From Podarcis filfolensis (Eukaryota), in assembly GCA_964270895.1 (NCBI GenBank), contig OZ185438.1: DNA of 64,000 nucleotides; one strand, 5' to 3'. Below, piece after piece: positions 29,720 to 59,814 of this stretch. The notes under the pieces were generated by a model. The model saw nothing but the letters and a program-made list of their open reading frames with translations. It was not told the DNA's origin and ran no database searches. How positions within the stretch are numbered: position 1 is the first letter of the stretch; each line of letters starts with the position of its first letter. Position numbers and translations under genes: made by a program.

Positions 29720-30700
29720 CAATTTCTATTCCTGCATAAGTCATAACTAGACAAAAAGATCATAGTGTTGTTAAAAAACAGTGTTATTTTTCTAGAAAAA
29801 GAGGTGTTGGAACTCACCATGAATACCTCCTTCATTCTCTTAGAATGGCAATGGCACCTACCTGGTTGGTGCTGGAACTGAGTTCCAGTGAGTTCTGGCT
29901 GAAAAAAATCCTGGTTTAGAATGATTTTTAAAAGAACATTAAACTCTAGGTGCCACCCCCCACCCTCCATCCTCCCAAATGATGCTTGGAAAGCAGAGTA
30001 ATCATGGTACAAGCTATTCTGTGTTGTTCTGCCTTCTGCATAAAGCAAACACAGCTGCACAAAAATATCCTCAGGGTTTCTCAGCCAAAAATTAGCTTGC
30101 TTAAAGAAGGTGAACTTCAGTAATGGAGCTTTTAGAATATAGGCCAAACAGCAGTAAATGTTCAAGTCATGCATAAAACCAAGAGAGGGCATCAAAGCAG
30201 ATGTAATTAAAGTTCAAGGTTCTGTGCGTAGGCATAAGGTATTAAGGCTGCCGGCAAGCAGAGAGCTGTTATGTAGTGAGGCCATTTTCCGCAGTAAGAA
30301 GGCATTTTGCTGTTATAAACAACAAATTTCCTTCAAAACACCTGGTGACCATAATATAAAAGAACCATGCCTGTACAACTTAAAGATGGCATTGATACCT
30401 CAACTGGAAGCTGCGCTATATGCTCAGTCTGCAGACTCTGGAAGACTGCATCAGCAAGAACCCACTTGTCAGGCAGTACCTTGCTTCTATAGCTTGGCTC
30501 TTCTAGTTCCTTATGGATGGTGTCTCTAACAATATCCAAGAAATTCTTGTCTTGGTCACCAGCTCCACTGTATACCATATTACTTTCTTGTTCAATTCTC
30601 TTCCTTCCCATCAGAATTCCTTCCTAGCATATAAACTTGGGTGCAAGATCCCTCATTCTACTAAATCTTCAGGCTAATGCAAGTCACACAAAGGATTGCA
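29720..30700 (-). mobile_element. Highly degenerate CR1-like LINE ORF2 5' part
   Basis: Residual endonuclease-like peptide FLDIVRD..LEEPSYRS..LPDKWVLADA and downstream FFKQANF; multiple stops and frameshifts. Confidence 0.45.
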
Positions 30701-31487
30701 GCTCTTCCCATTCGTAGAAATCTGGATTAACCTCCTTTACTTTGATTTAAAAAAAACCTTCGATTCTGGTTATCATTGCTTTTAAGTGCAAATTAACTAT
30801 GTTATGCACATTTCAAAAAATTGCACATTTATTCCATTTGCAGTACAACGTTTCTGGGAAATTGATCTGAGGTTTATAGCACAGAATTATGGAACCACTC
30901 ACATGGAGTGAAGCAGAGCTCAAAATTCACATACTAAAAAGTATCATGCCTGATCACACCAATGGTCCATATATGTTCCTCTAGACGTAGGGGACCAAAC
31001 ACTGCCTGCCAGCTGACAGGGCTTTACAGAGCAGCAAGTCTGGGGCAGAGGTGGGAGGCTGGATGGTTGCTGCATGAGCTCCTGGCTGGTGCTGTGTTTG
31101 GGCCTGGATCAAGCTTGCTGTCATCACACAACGTCAGTAGGATTGGCTCAGGATTCCACAGATCCCCTCACTGCCTCTCAAGGTTCCAAGTGGAGGTTCC
31201 AATGAAGGGAGGTTACAAGCGGAGGTTCCAATGAATGGAGGTACCAAGGGCAGGCTTTATTCATCTTCCAGTCGGGACACTGAGGGCCTCAGCACCTTGA
31301 GTGGGCTGGGAAATGAAGCCCTGTAGTTACTTAGACACCCTCCATCACTTCCCTGGAATGATCAGACATATTCTCTCCCCTGGCAAGTTCTCTGTATCTA
31401 GGAGGAGATGTACCTAGGAATGATGTGCAGGGTAGGCTCAGGTAGAAGAAAATGGCACACAATGTGTTATCACATTCATGTGTTGTT

Positions 31488-31677
31488 CAGGGGTGCCAAC
31501 TTGAATAAAATATGGGGGGGGGTCATGTAAGCCCCATCCCACATAATTGATCACATGATGTGGCACATGCACACTATTTGAATGGTAATGCTGATCAACT
31601 TGGGGGGGAGCTCGGTCCCTTCAAATATTTTATTGGGAGACCAAAGGGACCTGGGCCCCTAGGAATTGGCTCCTATG
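31488..31677. mobile_element. hAT-type MITE
   Basis: caggggtgccaact ... aattggctcctatg; degenerate 8-bp TSD gtgttgtt / gtgttact. Confidence 0.7.
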
Positions 31678-31873
31678 GTGTTACTGTTTTTTAAAAAATG
31701 TGCGGCTGTGGAAGCGCCCTATCTGGATTGAACTCCAAGGGGGCTTTAACCAATTCCCATGATCTCTATTTTCCCCTATGAAAATTGCTCCCCCAACCTT
31801 CTATTGGCCCCAGAAAGGAAACTGAAATTTGCAGCTATAGTGCAAATGGAGGGGAGGGGCTCCCCACTCTCCC

Positions 31874-32258
31874 AGAGGGCCGTAGCTCAGTGAGAGAGCA
31901 TTTACTTTGTATGCAGAAAGTTCCTGGATTCATCTCTAGGTAGGAGTAGGAATAGGGTTGCCTGGAAGTTGCTGAGGTTTTTTCAGGAAGACCCCAAAAA
32001 TGCGAAAAAAGAGCACTTTTTTGATTGACTTGCCTAAGGTCCAGGACAAAGTGCCTCCTCTCGGAAATTCCCCCTGCAATTTCTATTCTGCCTTTGAAAT
32101 CCTGGTAATGTCTGGGAAAATCCGGGTGCACGGCAGCCCTAAGTAGGAAAGTCTCCTCTCTTAAAACCCTGGAGAGCTGCTGCCAGACAGTGTGTACAGT
32201 ACTAAGCTGAATGGACCAGTGGTCTGACTCCAGGTAGCTGTCAAGCAGCTTCCTATGT
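31874..32258 (+). mobile_element. Squam3-like SINE interrupted by a hAT MITE
   Basis: gagggccgtagctcagtg..gagcatttactttgtatgcagaaag head; tail ccctggagagctgctgccag..cagcttcctatg resumes after the insert. Confidence 0.85.
31953..32141. mobile_element. hAT MITE inserted in the SINE
   Basis: TIRs tagggttgcc / ggcagcccta; identical 8-bp TSD agtaggaa at 31945-31952 and 32142-32149. Confidence 0.9.
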
Positions 32259-32265
32259 CTCTGCA

Positions 32266-32511
32266 CATGGGTCGGCAAACTAAGGCCCGGGGGCTGGATC
32301 TGGCCCAATCACCTTCTAAATCCGGCTCATGGACGGTCTGGGAATCGGCGTGTTTTTACATGAGTAGAATGTGTGCTTTTATTTAAAATGCATCCCTGGG
32401 TTATTTGTGGGGCACAGGAATTCGTTCATCCCCCCCCCAATATAATCTGGCCCCCCCACAAGGTCTGAGGGACAGTGGACCGGCCCCCTGCTGACAAAGT
32501 TTGCTGACCCG
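32266..32511. mobile_element. hAT (Charlie-like) MITE
   Basis: catgggtcggcaaact ... aagtttgctgacccg; TSD tctctgca / tccctgca. Confidence 0.82.
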
Positions 32512-33954
32512 TCCCTGCATTTCAAAGAGCAGCTTTCACAGTAGCAGAGGAAATAATTAATTTCTCCTTCCATGCCTGCAATGACCCTGATCATTATCAC
32601 ATGCCCCAGTTGGTTGATATTTTCATTTTAAAAGCAACAACCCTGCAGGCTAAATGCAAAGATACATTTAGCATCGTATCATATGAGAAGAGGAAATGAT
32701 AACTAGCATACTTGTAGCAGCCTGCTCCACCCTTCTTCTTTTTTGCCAAATTATCAGAGCGTTCCTTTTTAACCTCACATCCCATGCTCCATCCTACATC
32801 AGTCTGAAGTCTCCTGGTGCTCAGCAACATTCCATGCGGCGGCTACTGAATGAAACTCTCTTGGAAAATATAATTGTTTCAGAATAACAGGTCACTCCAC
32901 TTCATCTAGAACACTTTGCCCTGGCAGTTTTCTAGGTATCTGTTTAGCTGGGAGAACAAGCAAACCAGGAAGTTGAATCTGAGGACTGATTCACACAGTC
33001 AGGCTACTCGAATCACAAGCACAAGTAATCATGGCATTTCATGATCATGCAGAGGGAAACCATGGCCAGATTCAGGGAGGTGTGGGTGCCAAGCCGAGGG
33101 GGCACAAAATAATATAAATAAATAAATAAATAAGAAATTATTGTGAAAATAAGAAGTATTTTTTTTGGGGGGGGGAGGGAATCAAATTTGGTCCATGCTC
33201 AGAATGCCATATGACCAAAATTGGCCCCTGCAAACTGGAGGAAGTGAGTGAAGAGCTAAGAAATACGACTGCAGCTGCTTGCATGTATGTGCTCTCACCA
33301 TCAGCACATGGTCATATGAGACGGCTGCATTGAGGAGGGGCTGGAGGACGGTGGGCTAAGCCCCCTTCCACATCCAACCGCATGGACTATGAGAAATATC
33401 TGTTTTCACAGTCAGCAGCTTTTCCACACCTTTCTCTTGCCTCTGGTTTGTGAGCAGCAGATGGTAAGGAAGGACAACTCTGCAGAAAAGGTTCCGGTTT
33501 GGCCTTGAGGGTCTTCCGTTGTGCAGCATGATCCCTAAAGTAAGGGAACTGACTGCAAAACAACCCAAGGTCTTTACCATAGCAATATATTAACCAACAT
33601 AGATGGCTATCAGTTATTATTGGCAGGTGTTGAGAGATTCCCACAAGAGCCTGTCCAGTGTTCAGGGATGATGGGAGTTGTATTCCTGCAGCTTCCAAGA
33701 TATCCAGCAGCAGTGGAAGCGATCCCTGCTTTCAATGCTATTTTATCTGTTGTGGCCTGTCTTTGATTTGACCCATTTCCTATTCGTGTGCCTTTTGTGT
33801 GGGCTGATTTGGAATGTTATTTCTCTCACACACAGTTCCTTATTCAACACAAGAAATAATAAAGGAGACAAAATACGTTTGCACACCTCTACTCTCCCCA
33901 CCCAAAAGTCCCTCATTTGGAACAGCTGAAGTCATACACCTTCAGGTCCATGAG

Positions 33955-34077
33955 CATGGGCATAGCCGGGGGGGGGGGCAGGGAGAGGCTGCCCCCCCAG
34001 TCAATAAAAATACATTAGTGGGGGGCAGGCCCTAATAAAAAGCCTGCTTCCCACTAAAAATCCTGGCTATGCCCATG
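33955..34077. mobile_element. hAT MITE
   Basis: Perfect TIR catgggcatagcc / ggctatgcccatg with identical 8-bp TSD tccatgag. Confidence 0.92.
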
Positions 34078-34279
34078 TCCATGAGTCTGATGTCAGAGAT
34101 GCTGTAGGATAGGGTCTGATCCAAATCTTCCTTTTTTCCTCACAGCACTCCAAAGCTTCATATTTAAAAGGCTGAGCACGGTTAAAACAATTTTGGCCCA
34201 CTAAAAAAGGAACTGCTCTTGTTCTTCCAAAATGGATTTTTAAGTGGTGGCAGGTTTATAAATACTGTTACACTGTTTC

Positions 34280-34281
<2 letters not shown>

Positions 34282-34319
<38 letters not shown>
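34282..34319. repeat. (CA)n microsatellite
   Basis: About 19 uninterrupted AC units. Confidence 0.97.
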
Positions 34320-34321
<2 letters not shown>

Positions 34322-34424
34322 GAATGGCAGTACAAAACCAGAAAACTGCACAAGCAAACTACACTAAAAATTGTGCACGGAGAATCTGCTTGTGTGCTTT
34401 TGCACACTTATTGGGCAGCTTCTT

Positions 34425-35105
34425 CTTTTTATTCTTTATCTTTTAAAATATATTTTTATTGAAATTTTCCGGTTTACAAAAGCATGTGCAACGCCTCTTT
34501 TTTCAAGTTACATTTTCTACAGATCAGTTTCATTTGTTGAGACATTGGTAGTACATTAGGAAGAAAAGGGGGAAACAGGTGGAGGGGGATGGTAAAGGGT
34601 GTGTGTGGGTTGGGTGGCAATGCTTCTACTGTATTCCTATTTTGTGTATGTGTGCCACTTATGTGGGTTCTCTTTACTAATTGCATGTATTTCTTTGGTG
34701 ATGAGAGAGGTTGGGGTGGCCTAGGCTAGGGTGTGGCTGGTTGTCTTTGGCTGTAGTGAAAATTGTTTTCATGTGTGAGTGGGCTGGGTGGGTGTTTTTG
34801 GATCAGGTTAGCCAGATTGATTCTAATGCTGTTGGCAGGTTCTTGTTGGGCTGTGTATGTGATAAAGGGTAACCATACCAGGGTGAAGGCGTCTTCTTCT
34901 ATTTGTCCCCATGTCAGTTTCAGTTTGTTGGTTAGTTTTTCTAATAAGGCTGTTTCCCATACTATTTGACACCATTGGTCTATGCTTGCTCCTGACAGGT
35001 CTCCAGTGTCTGGCTATGATGCTTCTGGCTGCTGAGAGTAGGTGCGTTATGAGCTCTTTGTGCTGTGACTGGGCATTATTAGCTGCTTCTTTTTTAAGGT
35101 ACATA
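34425..35105 (-). mobile_element. 5'-truncated L1-type LINE 3' end
   Basis: ORF 34823-35104 has ELITHLLSAARSIIARHWR (L1 ORF2 C-terminal motif); minus-strand AATAAA and A-rich tail at ~34425-34460. Confidence 0.78.
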
Positions 35106-37935
35106 TGCAGCTAACTGTCAGTACTTAATTGGTATAATAGAGTCAACAAATTAGAAGGCAGGGACAAACGCAAACGCACTGGATGTCATCCACAGGCAGA
35201 GGACTAGCTCCAGGTCCTGCTAGCAGACAGAAAACAACAGGGAGAATTTGTTGTCCTTGCCTCACTTTGCTAACATACAAAGGACCATCCATAACAGATG
35301 AAAATAGACACTTCTGCTTAGCTAAATGGCAGAATCCTGGCAATGTTACATTTTTCATGCTTATGTGTGACCCTAGGAACATGGACTTTAAGAAAGGCTG
35401 TGTGTATCCTACAGTACTGTGGAAGGATGCTGGTCATGATACTGAACAGAGAAGGCAGTATCCTGGGCATTTCAGCTTTCTCTTTTTTTTTTTTAAAAAA
35501 AAGCAAGTTTCTAGTTGGGCTTGAAAGAATACTGCAGTTCTTAATGAACTCTCAGAAGCCAGAGAATTTCCAAATAAAGTTTTCAGTGCTCCTAGGGCAT
35601 AATTTCTTGTCCTTCTCTATGACCAGCAAATGTTAATTGTATGCATGTAGATTCAGAAGCAAGCCCTACTTTGTTCAATGGACTTATTCTCAGGAAAACA
35701 TGCACAGAATTCATGTATCAATTTGCATGATTTATAGCTTTTGTGGAAGCCAGCTTTAAAACAACATGGAGAGCACCATGCTTAGTTATACAAGCATTGT
35801 TACTTCCTTTGTTCAGGCGGTAGGTTTTGTATGTGTGTCTGCAGAGATAGACATTTACCAGCTGCTGCAGTTGAGCCACTTACAGTGCTCCTTCTGGTCC
35901 CCCAAAACAGCAATAAAGCCTTTATTATTGTCTTTATCCACGCCTTTCTTCCTCCATCCAGTGGATAACTGTCAGAAGGCTAATTTCCCTGCATCTCAGG
36001 GCTCTGTGGTTTAAGAGGATGAACTGATGCTTGGGCAATCTCAGGATGGAGTGGCATACCTCCTCCCCTCCAAATATTCCACAATGTTCATTCAGACTAC
36101 ATGAGATGCATCACAGGAAATTAGCAACTCTTTCACAAGACATTCACTTTTAGAATAACCCATGAACCAAACCAAACCACAATTGTTTCTTTAACTTCCA
36201 GTAAAGTGTATATAGAATTGCACCCTTAATGCTAGGAGCGGAAAAGTTCACATAAGTGGCCCTGATGCACATATGATGCATATACTGGTAAACCCAGTTT
36301 TTTTAGTGTTGAGAAATTTAATTATTTTGTAGTTTCCTCAGCAAAAAAGGGGCTTTGCAACTTGAGTTGTAAATATATATTGCCAAGTGAATTTACAAGC
36401 ACTGCGAGATAGGATACTTTCTGTCTCTTGAAGGAATAAATTGGTCCTATCTAATACGCAACTCATATGAATACACACATTTGCCTCAGAACAAGCGGCA
36501 CTTGCAGCACTATTTTATTTTGATGGGACTTACTAAAATAAATGTGCCTAAGATCATACTGTGTCAGATAGTGCAAATGTGAAGTTAGCATGTATGCACG
36601 GGGAGAAACAAACTTTTTGAGTATACAAAGATCTACTGAAGCAAGCCAACAATGTCAAATTGCTTTTCCTCAGGTGAATAGAGGATGAAGTTGGGGGGGA
36701 GGCTACTATGAGATCTGCTCCTTTGTCAAAATGCGTCCAAGGCGACAGGCATTCTGGAGAAGCGTCCTGAAGAGCTAAAAATACTGGGCGGCCTCTCAGC
36801 CCTTGACCTTGACCTCTGGGGTCAGAAGCCTCCCGCACTTAAGACGGCAGAGGCCAAACTCCTCCTTGCAATGGAAGGCAGCATTTTCCGTGGGCAAATG
36901 ATGCGAGAGGCCCAGACAAGGTCATCGCTATGCATCCTTTCTCTGCAGAGGGTTTTTTTGTGACCAAGCGAAGCAACGGCATTAGGCGCCAGAGGGAAGG
37001 GGGTGGGAAAGGGGGAAAGGCGTAAGAAGGGGAACTCCGCCAGGAGGCCATCGTCTCCTTATTGTTCAGGGGTTACAGGGCGTCGGGAGGGGCTGCTGGC
37101 TGCGCTGCTGGTTGCCAGGCGACCCCTCCTAGGTCACACACAAGGCAGAAGCGAGTCGCGCAACGCCACTCTGACGTTACCGCCAACTCTCGTGCTGCTT
37201 CTCGCAATCCTCGGGAAATAGATGGCCTCGGCTCTCCACTTTGGGCCCCTCACACTGTACCCCCACCCCCACCCGAAGGCTGCGCCACTTCAGCAGCCGC
37301 ATACAGCCTAAGATGGCGGCAGGACCGAGCGGAAATGCCCACGTGACCTAGAGAGAGCCGCTCTGTTCCCAGAGCCTTATTTCATTTGGACAGAAATCTC
37401 GCGAGATCTCGAAGAAAACGAGGAGAGGGGGGTGACTCACCAGAGTCTTTACGAAACGAAACGGGAGGGAGGGGAAGGCAAACCAGGGCCGGGAGGGAGG
37501 GGTAGAGATCTCGCGCGAGCAGCGCTGTAAACATTGTGTGAAGAAACCTCGCGATAACACCTAGATCCTCCTGAATCGGGAGGAGTCCGCAGCCTCCCTA
37601 GTTCTCGCGGTAGCCTTGGGATTTCTTCGCCCTCCCCCCACCTCTTTATGCGGAGCGGAGAGTTCTCCCCGCGATACCTTTTGCTGCAAGCAGAGGTGGG
37701 GGGAGGGGATCGAGAGGAGGAAGAAGGGGCGTGGTTTGCGCGCTGAAGTCAGCACGGCGGCTGCGAGGGGGCGGAGGAATATATAAAGGCCCGGGCCGAA
37801 CTGGGGGGGTTTCAGTTAGAGACGCGATTCCGAGGCGAAGTAGTGGCGAAAGCGACAGCGGCCCAGGCTAGTTCTACGTCTAGTGAATCCGAATTTCTCT
37901 ACGCGGAGCGGGACCTCCCGACACGATCTCTCGTT

Positions 37936-55121
<17,186 letters not shown>

Positions 55122-57555
55122 TCTGCTTGCTGCNNNNNNNNNNNNNNNNNNNNNNNNNNNNNNNNNNNNNNNNNNNNNNNNNNNNNNNNNNNNNNNNNNN
55201 NNNNNNNNNNNNNNNNNNNNNNNNNNNNNNNNNNNNNNNNNNNNNNNNNNNNNNNNNNNNNNNNNNNNNNNNNNNNNNNNNNNNNNCAGAAGCCCTACTT
55301 TGAAGGTTTAAAGACTCCATTGTAGTTGAGATTAACTCCTCCACCCCCCCTACTCCCAGACTGTATTTATAATTTTGTGACTGAGGATCATTTGTTAATG
55401 TACTGTGCCTTTAACTTTAGACAACTTTTTATTTTGATGTCCTGTTGGCTCAGTAATGCCCAAGATTATCAATTGTCTTGACAAAATTACTCTACTTGGG
55501 CTTTAAAAAAAAATCAAACCTTGGCACGCAGGTGTGATACAACTTACAGGAATCATTGATTCATCCACTTTATACTACAAAAAAAAAACTTGTGCAGTGG
55601 CCTGCATTAGGGCTTTGATACTCAGATTTGAAAAAATAAAACATCTTGAAGCATATCAATGGAATTAGTTTCTAATGTGGCAAAACTGTACTAAGTTAAA
55701 GTTGATTTGCTCACTCTATCCTGGATAGGTACTTAGAACCTGATAGTCTTTAATAAGCCATTCCAGTCATGATGATGAAGTGATGTATGGATACATGCAT
55801 ACAAGCACTGTTTTAAAGTTAATGCAAGTAAACACAGCAATTCCAGTGTTTAGGCAGATTATTAATGTGAGCTAGCCAAATGGAGGCGGAACATTACAGG
55901 GAATGTTTAAAGGTCTGAACTTGAAATAGTTTTTAGGAGAATTCATCTACTTAGACTTTTCAAAATTGCCTGCCATATTAAAATTGAAATGGTAGAATGG
56001 CTGACCACAACAGTGATGGGTCCACCTTTTAAGGGCCTGACTGATNNNNNNNNNNNNNNNNNNNNNNNNNNNNNNNNNNNNNNNNNNNNNNNNNNNNNNN
56101 NNNNNNNNNNNNNNNNNNNNNNNNNNNNNNNNNNNNNNNNNNNNNNNNNNNNNNNNNNNNNNNNNNNNNNNNNNACTGGCTTACTGTAGACTTGTAAAAT
56201 GGCTCCAGAAGAGTAACAAATTCTGAGATCACAAAGGTTGGAATGTACATAACTGCACAAGGTTTCAATTCTGCTATCAAGTGCAGTTTTAGTCAGTTTT
56301 AGTTGCATAGGTTTCCATTGTATTTAGTCTGTTATGCTGAATCTGGCCAAAGATAAGTATTTCCAACAGTAAAATGCCTCTGCCACTTAGTTTCTCTGAG
56401 CTATCTTCTGCGGCCAGAGCTGTTACCAACTCGTAGTCTAAGTGGCATAGGACAACAGCAAAATCTCCTAANNNNNNNNNNNNNNNNNNNNNNNNNNNNN
56501 NNNNNNNNNNNNNNNNNNNNNNNNNNNNNNNNNNNNNNNNNNNNNNNNNNNNNNNNNNNNNNNNNNNNNNNNNNNNNNNNNNNNNNNNNNNNNNNNNNNN
56601 NNNNNNNNNNNNNNNNNNNNNNNNNNNNNNNNNNNNNNNNNNNNNNNNNNNNNNNNNNNNNNNNNNNNNNNNNNNNNNNNNNNNNNNNNNNNNNNNNNNN
56701 NNNNNNNNNNNNNNCTTGTCTAAGGAGGAGGAACTAGATTCTAAAACTGGGACCATGGGAATAATGNNNNNNNNNNNNNNNNNNNNNNNNNNNNNNNNNN
56801 NNNNNNNNNNNNNNNNNNNNNNNNNNNNNNNNNNNNNNNNNNNNNNNNNNNNNNNNNNNNNNNNNNNNNNNNNNNNNNNNNNNNNNNNNNNNNNNNNNNN
56901 NNNNNNNNNNNNNNNNNNNNNNNNNNNNNNNNNNNNNNNNNNNNNNNNNNNNNNNNNNNNNNNNNNNNNNNNNNNNNNNNNNNNNNNNNNNNNNNNNNNN
57001 NNNNNNNNNNNNNNNNNNNNNNNNNNNNNNNNNNNNNNNNNNNNNNNNNNNNNNNNNNNNNNNNNCTGATAGTAAAACAAAAATTGGCAACTTTAAAATT
57101 AAACATGCCAAGGTTTTGATACACTTGTCTTAAGATATTAATGAAACACTTCAAAACACTGACGTGAAGTGTCCAGATTCTCAGATGTTTGTTGCGTGAG
57201 TTTTTGTTTNNNNNNNNNNNNNNNNNNNNNNNNNNNNNNNNNNNNNNNNNNNNNNNNNNNNNNNNNNNNNNNNNNNNNNNNNNNNNNNNNNNNNNNNNNN
57301 NNNNNNNNNNNNNNNNNNNNNNNNNNNNNNNNNNNNNAGCCAGCAATATTATTCAGTTCAGATAAGGATTCAATCATATGCAAAGAATGGGTTTAATCAT
57401 ATGCAATGAACGGATTTAAACTTGCTGAATGTAAAGATTTGAACTTCAAGTCACTGTAGGTTTAGTAATTGCTTATTGTATTAGTTTAGATGCTAGCACT
57501 GCATGTGCTGTGCATTGCTCTCAATTTTAATAAAATAAAAAGTTGAAATGCACTT
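55122..57555 (+). other. DDX3X: DDX3X 3'UTR
   Basis: Follows TGA; overlapping AATAAAATAAA at 57529-57539; proximal AATAAA ~55635; five N-blocks inside. Confidence 0.8.
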
Positions 57556-57759
57556 TATGATGTTTGGTCTTTTTCTTGGTGACAAAATGTGCTTCTCCTT
57601 TTTCATTGTTAATCTGGGGTGTCTCACTGCAATCAGTATTGATTAAGTGCCACAGATGCAAGTTTCTAATAGAAGCAGCTCACATACTTAGTTAGGAAAG
57701 GTCATTATATGGAACAGCCCTTTGTAGCTGTTCTGCTTGGTCCCCCAGACCTAGTGGCC

Positions 57760-57923
57760 TGTTTTGGTTCATGTTTTCTTAAATGTGGGGATGTTCAAGT
57801 GGTGGGTCTTCCTTCCACCTGCAGAAAAACGGCTGCTTGATTGTTTTGGTTCATGTTTTCTTAAATGTGGGGATGTTCAAGTGGTGGGTCTTCCTTCCAC
57901 CTGCAGAAAAACGGCTGCTTGAT
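57760..57923. repeat. Perfect 82-bp tandem duplication
   Basis: tgttttggttcatgttttcttaaatgtgggg...aaaaacggctgcttgat occurs at 57760 and again at 57842. Confidence 0.95.
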
Positions 57924-59194
57924 CAGTGGTATGTGGATTTAACCCCTTGCAGAATGATCTTGCATGCCATTCAGAGTTTTGACACAAAAACACTTTCATA
58001 GTCAGAATTCACCCCAATATATTTCCAGAATTATATGCTTTATGTCCATATAGTAATGGAAGGGTGTGAAAAGGAATAAGTGTGGTTTCAATTAGCTCAA
58101 GTGCCCTTTTCAATTCAGAGGTGCTTGAATGTTTATTATTAAATCATTAAAATACAATTTTTCTATCTTTAAAATACTGACTCCTCCAACAAGGAGAGAG
58201 TAGTATCTTGATGGAATAGGGCGGTGCTACTTAATAAATGTGGAATAGATCTCTGTTTAAACAAAGCACCTGAAACTTCAGCATTCACACAACTCAACCA
58301 GCATTAAACTACTTAAAGGTGGAATAAAATGCTGAAATAAAGTTGTGTCCACACCTGGTACAGGAAGGTACTTAACCCCTGAGATTGCTGTTGGAGTAAG
58401 TGACTGCAGATGGCAAGGGTAACTTCCAATACAGAAAGCACTATCTTCCAAAAGTCATTTTGAAAACAGCAGCTCAGACAAATCGAGAATGGTTGGAGAT
58501 TATAGGGTGTCAAGCTTTAAAAAGCTCTAATTGAAATGTGATCTTCACAATCTTAACTTGGAAGTTTAGTTTGATTTACTGTTCTTGGCAGTATAAAATT
58601 TAGCAGAGCAGTTTACAATGTAATTGCACGATACAACAATGGAAGAAGGAACAAAATTAAGACGTGATAAAAGCCTGGGAAGACAAGTCTGCTAGAAAGC
58701 CATTAAAGTATTCGTCTCATACAAATGATGCATTGAGTTAAAAATTACCTGAAATAAGCTGGGTTTTTATGGTAAGAACTCAACCCACCCCCTCAGTAAC
58801 TAAAATGTTTGGGGATAGGGCTGGCAGCGCTCTAATACACTGTCAACCTGGTGCCCTCCATATAGTTTTGACTATATCCATTCCTTGACACCTTGCTGTC
58901 CCCTGCTCCCCTGAAATAAGCACTACAAGGCTCCAGAACAGGAACATTCCTCTTAGGGGATGTGAATCCACTGAAACATTGTTACATATTGCACTTGTAT
59001 TAATGTACTATGGAAGTGGGCGCAGGCGGTGCCTTGTGTTGCTGGTAGATCAAGTGGGGGGAAATAATGTGGGTTTCTTTTTCTGGTTAAAAGGAATATA
59101 TATTGGGTATAATAAAAAGATAATTCCCTAGATGCCTGAGATCTGGGTTTGGGGCAAGTACTCTGGTGAGAGAACCTCAGCAGAGATTTAAATA

Positions 59195-59418
59195 TAGTCA
59201 TACCTTGGCTCCCCAACACCTTGGGAGTCGAACATTCCCGTTCCAGAACAATCGAAACCCATAAGTGACTCATTTTCGAACATTCTTTTGGAAGCCGAAC
59301 GTCTTGACAGGGCTTCTGATTGGCTGCAGGAAGCTGAAGCCACGCTTTGGAAGTCAAATGTTTCGTAAGTCAAACAGACCTCCAGAATGGATTCTGTTCG
59401 ACTTCCAAGGTACGACCG
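59195..59418. mobile_element. Tc1/mariner-type MITE
   Basis: ta|tagtcataccttgg ... ccaaggtacgaccg|ta. Confidence 0.8.
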
Positions 59419-59433
59419 TACAGCAAAAGAAAG

Positions 59434-59814
59434 TGTGTATGGAGCAGTAGACCTTTAAAATAACCCCTCAGTTGCTTCTAAAGTTCTCCACTTCTCTTAG
59501 CATAGAAAAAGACCACATGTTTGGTAAGTTAAAGATGGTTTACTTACAAACTCTTCAAAGGTCAGATTCGTGTGCTTTTCCGTAGAGCAGTTAGAAAAGA
59601 CAAGCGGTGAGATTGGGGTTCCAAAGTCGTGGTCGTGAAAGTTCCTAAAGTATAGAAACACAAGGATGTCTTGCTTAAGTCACATGGTCTAAGCTAGAGA
59701 TAGAGTTCGCATGATGGAACGGAAGAACAAAGGCTTGATCACCTTTCTAATGTGAGGGGAAGTGACCTAGCTAAACCTGGCAGGACAGCTTACTCTATGG
59801 TCTTAACCCTTTCA
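59434..59814 (-). mobile_element. Possible solo LTR
   Basis: Minus strand begins TGAAAGGGTTAAG, contains an agtaaa polyA-like signal and ends ..CATACA(CA); ~380 bp; no clear TSD. Confidence 0.35.
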
